Part shown: positions 17,801 to 21,353 of the stretch, in pieces
Position numbering within the stretch: position 1 is the stretch's first letter
Layout of the letters: every line of letters begins with the position of its first letter
Origin: Macrostomum lignano
Taxonomy: Eukaryota
Length of the DNA: 21,353 nucleotides
Assembly (NCBI GenBank): GCA_002269645.1
Contig: NIVC01002337.1
Coordinates: 1-21,353 of the forward strand
Direction: 5' to 3'
Notes under the pieces: model-generated
What the model saw: the letters and a program-made list of their open reading frames with translations, nothing else
The model's database searches: none
What the model was told of the DNA's origin: nothing
Program-made: the position numbers and the translations under genes

Positions 17801-20420
17801 GGTCTGGGAGGGTGAGTGGGGATGCAGTGAGGATTTGAGTGGGAGGCTGGCCCAGCAACTGAGGATCTGGGAGGCTGGCCCAGCAACTGAGGATCTGGGA
17901 GGCTGGCCCAGCAACTGACACTCTGGGAGGCTGGCCCAGCAACTGAGGATCCTGGAGGCTGGCGCAACAACTGACACTCTGGAGGCTGGCCCAACAACTG
18001 AGGATCTGGGAGGCTGGCCCAGCAACTGACACTCTGGGAGGCTGGCCCAGCAACTGACACTCTGGGAGGCTGGCCAACAACTGAGGATCTGGGAGGCTGG
18101 CCAGCAACTGAGGATCTGGGAGGCTGGCCCAACAACTGAGGATCTGGGAGGCTGGCCCAACAACTGAGGATCTGGGAGGCTGGCCCAGCAACTGAGGATC
18201 TGGGAGGCTGGCCCAGCAACTGAGGATCCTGGAGGCTGGCGCAACAACTGAGGATCTGGGAGGCTGGCCCAGCAACTGAGGATCTGGGAGGCTGGCCCAG
18301 CAACTGAGGATCCTGGAGGCTGGCGCAACAACTGAGGATCTGGGAGGCTGGCCCAGCAACTGAGGATCCTGGAGGCTGGCGCAACAACTGAGGATCTGGG
18401 AGGCTGGCTCAGCAACTGAGGATCCTGGAGGCTGGCCCAGCAACTGAGGATCTGGGAGGCTGGCCCAGCAACTGAGGATCCTGGAGGCTGGCCAGCAACT
18501 GAGGATCTGGGAGGCTGGCCCAGCAACTGAGGATCCTGGAGGCTGGCCCAGCAACTGAGGATCTGGGAGGCTGGCCCAGCAACTGAGGATCCTGGAGGCT
18601 GGCGCAACAACTGAGGATCTGGAGGCGAACAGAAGCATGCCATCCAATCGCTCACGGATTAGCTTCGAAGCGCCGCATGCGCCCAGACTTCAATCGGAGA
18701 GCTTTGCACACCTCGGCCAATGGGCCGCCTTTGGCGCCGCCGCCGCCCCGGCCGCAGTACAGATAGGCAAGCAGATCGTAGATCTGGCCGCCAGTGAGGC
18801 AGTCGCTAGCGATGACTGCCAGTTCCGCGCTAGACTGGACCAATCGAAGCCAAGGACCGATGGTCCGGACCTCCTTGCTGCTGTCATCGCCGTGGTGACA
18901 GCAGTTGATCAGCCAATCGGCCAGGGCGGCAGACCGGTCGGCCAGCAGGAATCGATGCGCGCCGATTCGGACGCCGTCGGAGCCGACAAGTTCGGCATCG
19001 GCGCCGGTTTCATGCGCCCGATCGAGCAGCTCGGCGAGACAGTCGGCCATGTCGGCGTAGACTAGCGGGGCCGGAGGCTCGGGCAAGTCGGTGAGGAAAT
19101 GCCTGGGCGACACCTGCAGAGAGGCGAAGGCTCGGCCGCGTGGATCGGCAAACAGTCGGGCCGTCCGGTGCAGTCCCGGGATCGAATCCGACGGGGCGGA
19201 CAGGGATACGGAGGAGACGGCAGCCGTTGTCGACAGTGTCGAGCGCGAAGAGAGGCGAGTCGGCGAGGACAAGTCTACGCGGTAGCCGCGGCCTCGGCCG
19301 GTGCCGATCAGCAGGGCGCGGTGGGTCAGACAGGCGCTGGTGACGGTGCCGAGCGGCGAGGGCCGCGGACGGAGTCGGAGCGGCTGCGAGGGGGAGCGGT
19401 GGTTGAGAAAGAGAGCGGATCTGTAGGGAGTGGGGGCGGATCTGTAGGGAGTGGAGGCGGATCTGTAGGGAGTGGAGGCGGATCTGTATGGAGTGAGGCG
19501 GATCTTTAGGGAGTGGAGGCGGATCTGTAGGGAGTGGGGGCGGATCTGTAGGGAGTGGAGGCGGATCTTTAGGGAGTGGAGGCGGATCTGTATGGAGTGA
19601 GGCGGATCTTTAGGGAGTGGAGGCGGATCTGTATGGAGTGGGGGCGGATCTTTAGGGAGTGGAGGCGGATCTGTAGGGAGTGGGGCGGATCTGAAGGGAG
19701 TGGAGGCGGATCTTTAGGGAGTGGAGGCGGATCTGTATGGAGTGAGGCGGATCTTTAGGGAGTCGGAGCGGAGCTATACGGAGTGAGGACGGATGTGTAC
19801 GGAGGGAGGGCGGATATGTAGGAAGTGGGGGCGGATGTGTAGGGAGTGGGGGCGGATGTGTAGGGAGAGGGGGCGGATCTGTAGGGAGTGGGGGCGGATC
19901 TGTAGGGAGTGGGGCGGATCTGTAGGGAGTGGGGGCGGATCTGTAGGGAGTGGGGGCGCATGTGTAGGGAGTGGGGGCGCATGTGTAGGGAGTGGGGGCG
20001 GATCTGTAGGGAGTGGGGCGCATGTGTAGGGAGTGGGGGCGCATGTGTAGGGAGTGGGGGCGGATCTGTAGGGAGTGGGGGCGGATCTGTAGGGAGTGGG
20101 GGCGGATCTGTAGGGAGTGGGGGCGGATCTGTAGGGAGTGGGGCGGATCTGTAGGGAGTGGGGGCGGATCTGTAGGGAGTGGGGGCGGATCTGTAGGGAG
20201 TGGGCGCATGTGTAGGGAGTGGGGCGCATGTGTACGGAGTGGGGACGGATGTGTAGGCCGAGGATGGGCGCTCACCTGTTGCCAGCCCGGTTGCCATAGG
20301 AACAGTTCGGCCGGCCAAAGTTAACAGGCAAGGCGGTGAGGCAGCGGCCAAAATAGCTCGGGTCACTCAGCCAGCATGACGCCTGCGCAGGCGCGTCCAC
20401 TTAGGCGCTATGTTGGTCAC
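14721..20420 (-). CDS. IBTK: Inhibitor of Bruton tyrosine kinase orthologue (RCC1 + 2x BTB, Cul3-adaptor type), 3' portion; N-terminal exons lie beyond the window
   Basis: Exons (minus): 20420..20276 (disrupted), 19383..18656, 17803..16220 (one frame switch), 14873..14721. Recognisable IBTK-like segments: LHRTARLFADPRGRAFASLQVSP, BTB1 (AHRFLLADRS...DLLAYLY), BTB2/BACK (CHSALLSARSDYFTAML...AILAYLYT...LRLACEAEL), KRQSQRQRK, SLSEIMAEQ, and the C-terminal KPLHLIQ|IEEAAMLQLKQLY...QPLW. Confidence 0.85.
14935..16205. repeat. Minisatellite, 30-31 bp unit (CCGAGTGACTAGAATGGGGCCAATGACCAA), last IBTK intron
   Basis: Unit read directly. Homogeneous about 15830-16205, heterogeneous to the left. Confidence 0.97.
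16220..17803 (-). CDS. IBTK: IBTK large exon (BTB2/BACK plus low-complexity C-terminal region) with an internal frame switch near 16870-16930
   Basis: Acceptor CTCCCAG|A at 17804 (phase 2) and donor CAG|GTGAGT at 16219. The BTB2 frame stops at 16884-16882; the C-terminal IBTK motifs are in the -1 frame. Confidence 0.8.
17841..18626. repeat. Minisatellite A, 28 bp unit (GGGAGGCTGGCCCAGCAACTGAGGATCT), ~28 copies, IBTK intron
   Basis: Unit read directly. It inflates ORFs 16196..18655, 16882..18387 and 17796..18647. Confidence 0.97.
18656..19383 (-). CDS. IBTK: IBTK exon (end of RCC1 region, BTB1)
   Basis: CTCGCAG|PLRLRPRPSPLGTVTSACLTHRALLIGTGRGRGYRVDL...RRFEANP|GTGAGC, 728 nt, phase 0/2, open throughout. 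Confidence 0.88.
19413..20255. repeat. G-rich minisatellite, ~21 bp unit (GGGAGTGGGGGCGGATCTGTA), IBTK intron
   Basis: Unit read directly. Confidence 0.96.
20276..20420 (-). CDS. IBTK: IBTK upstream exon, apparently disrupted (in-frame TGA plus frame switch)
   Basis: TTAACTCCAG|VTNIAPKWTRLRR...; donor CAG|GTGAGC at 20275. IBTK-like pieces (IAPKWTRLRR, CLLTL, ELFLWQPGWQQ) are not in one open frame. Confidence 0.55.
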
Positions 20421-20431
20421 CTGGAGTTAAA

Positions 20432-20727
20432 AGCGCGAAGGCGGCTCTGCCAATTCCGCTGACTCCTGAGCAACATGCAAGCGCGCAAATAACTGTACGC
20501 AGGCACAGAACTCACACGCGCTCACACCAGGGTGTTACAGCAGCCCTGACTGTCTAATCGTCAGGTATGTACACTCACAACCCCCTCAAAGGTGTGATCG
20601 CACACAACAACCCCTAAGCCAATTTTCATGCACACGAGCCCCGAAAACCTGACCACGAACGGAATCAAACCAGGGGTCGTGGCGCGCGAGAGTCAGACGC
20701 GTTCACACACTGAACTGCTCCTGTCAC
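20432..20727 (-). mobile_element. SINE-like dispersed element, copy 2 (tRNA-like head retained)
   Basis: Homologous to 2407-2670. A ~77-nt head (20726-20650) has an A-box-like GCAGTTCAGTG, a B-box-like GGTTTGATTCC (20671-20661) and TGAC...GTCA terminal pairing. Confidence 0.7.
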
Positions 20728-20816
20728 TAATCAAACCCCTCAGGCTGTAGCTAATATTGCGTATAATAAATTCCAACAAGTTTGATAATAATCTTTTTTA
20801 ATCCCAACCGTAAAAA

Positions 20817-21353
20817 TAGCAGCCTCCCAGATCCCAGTTGCTAAGCCAGCCTCCCAGATCCCAGTTGTTAAGCAGCCTCCCAGATCCGCAGTTGCTGGCC
20901 ACAGCCTCCCAGATCCTCAGTTGCTGGGCACAGCCTCCCAGATCCTCAGTTGCTGGGCCACAGCCTCCCAGATCCCCAATTGCTGGGCCACAGCCTCCCA
21001 AATCCCAATTGCTGGGCCAGCCTCCCAGATCCTCAGTTGCTGGGCCAGCCTCCAAATCCCCAATTGCTGGGCCAGCCTCTCAGATCCTCAGTATCTGGGC
21101 CAGCTTCCCAGATCCCATTGCTGGGCCAGCCTCCAGAGTGTCAGTTGCTGGCCAGCCTCCCAGATCCCCAATTGCTGGGCAGCCTCCCAGACCTCAGTTG
21201 CTGGCCACAGCCTCCCAGATCCCAATTGCTGGGCCAGCCTCTCAGATCCTCAGTTGCTGGGCCACAGCCTCCCAGATCCTCAGTTGCTGGGCCACAGCCT
21301 CCCAGATCCCAATTGCTGGGCACAGCCTCCAAATCCCAAATTGCTGGTCAGCC
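20817..21353. repeat. Minisatellite B, reverse complement of minisatellite A (CAGCCTCCCAGATCCTCAGTTGCTGGGC), more degenerate, runs to the window end
   Basis: The reverse complement of the unit matches the 17841-18626 unit. Confidence 0.95.

Noticed and set aside
16196-18655. 819-aa and 501-aa ORFs as complete proteins
   Set aside because: Their N-terminal parts are the intronic 28-bp array. Only 17803-16220 is exon, split between the two frames.
20545-20565. Hammerhead ribozyme in the SINE-like element (CTGACGA on the minus strand)
   Set aside because: No downstream GAAA core after a stem II, and copy 1 reads CTGACGC.
20650-20726. Functional tRNA gene
   Set aside because: A/B boxes are degenerate, the cloverleaf arms pair poorly, and there is no T-run terminator before the element body continues.
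20817-21353. Fold-back (chimeric read) artefact explaining the inverted array
   Set aside because: The unique inner flanks (18627-18655 and 20760-20816) are not inverted copies of each other; only the array unit is shared. Other misassembly is not excluded.

Overview
Eukaryotic (metazoan, invertebrate) genomic DNA, not prokaryotic. GC-rich exons separated by minisatellite-filled introns resemble a free-living flatworm such as Macrostomum; this taxon guess is inference only. There are three spliced genes. (1) An unidentified IQ-motif gene on the minus strand (about 942-2939). (2) A complete 11-exon tyrosine hydroxylase (TH) on the plus strand (3499-11347, 499 aa), head-to-head with gene 1. (3) The 3' part of an IBTK orthologue on the minus strand (14721-20420; end of RCC1 region, two BTB domains, C-terminal tail), convergent with TH and carrying apparent frame disruptions. 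Roughly half the window is 14 tandem arrays (13-50 bp units), and most long ORFs in the track are artefacts of these arrays. The most notable unexplained structures are: an inverted pair of the same 28-bp minisatellite bracketing two IBTK exons; two copies of a structured tRNA-headed SINE-like element lying against splice sites; and arrays that fill introns almost from splice site to splice site.
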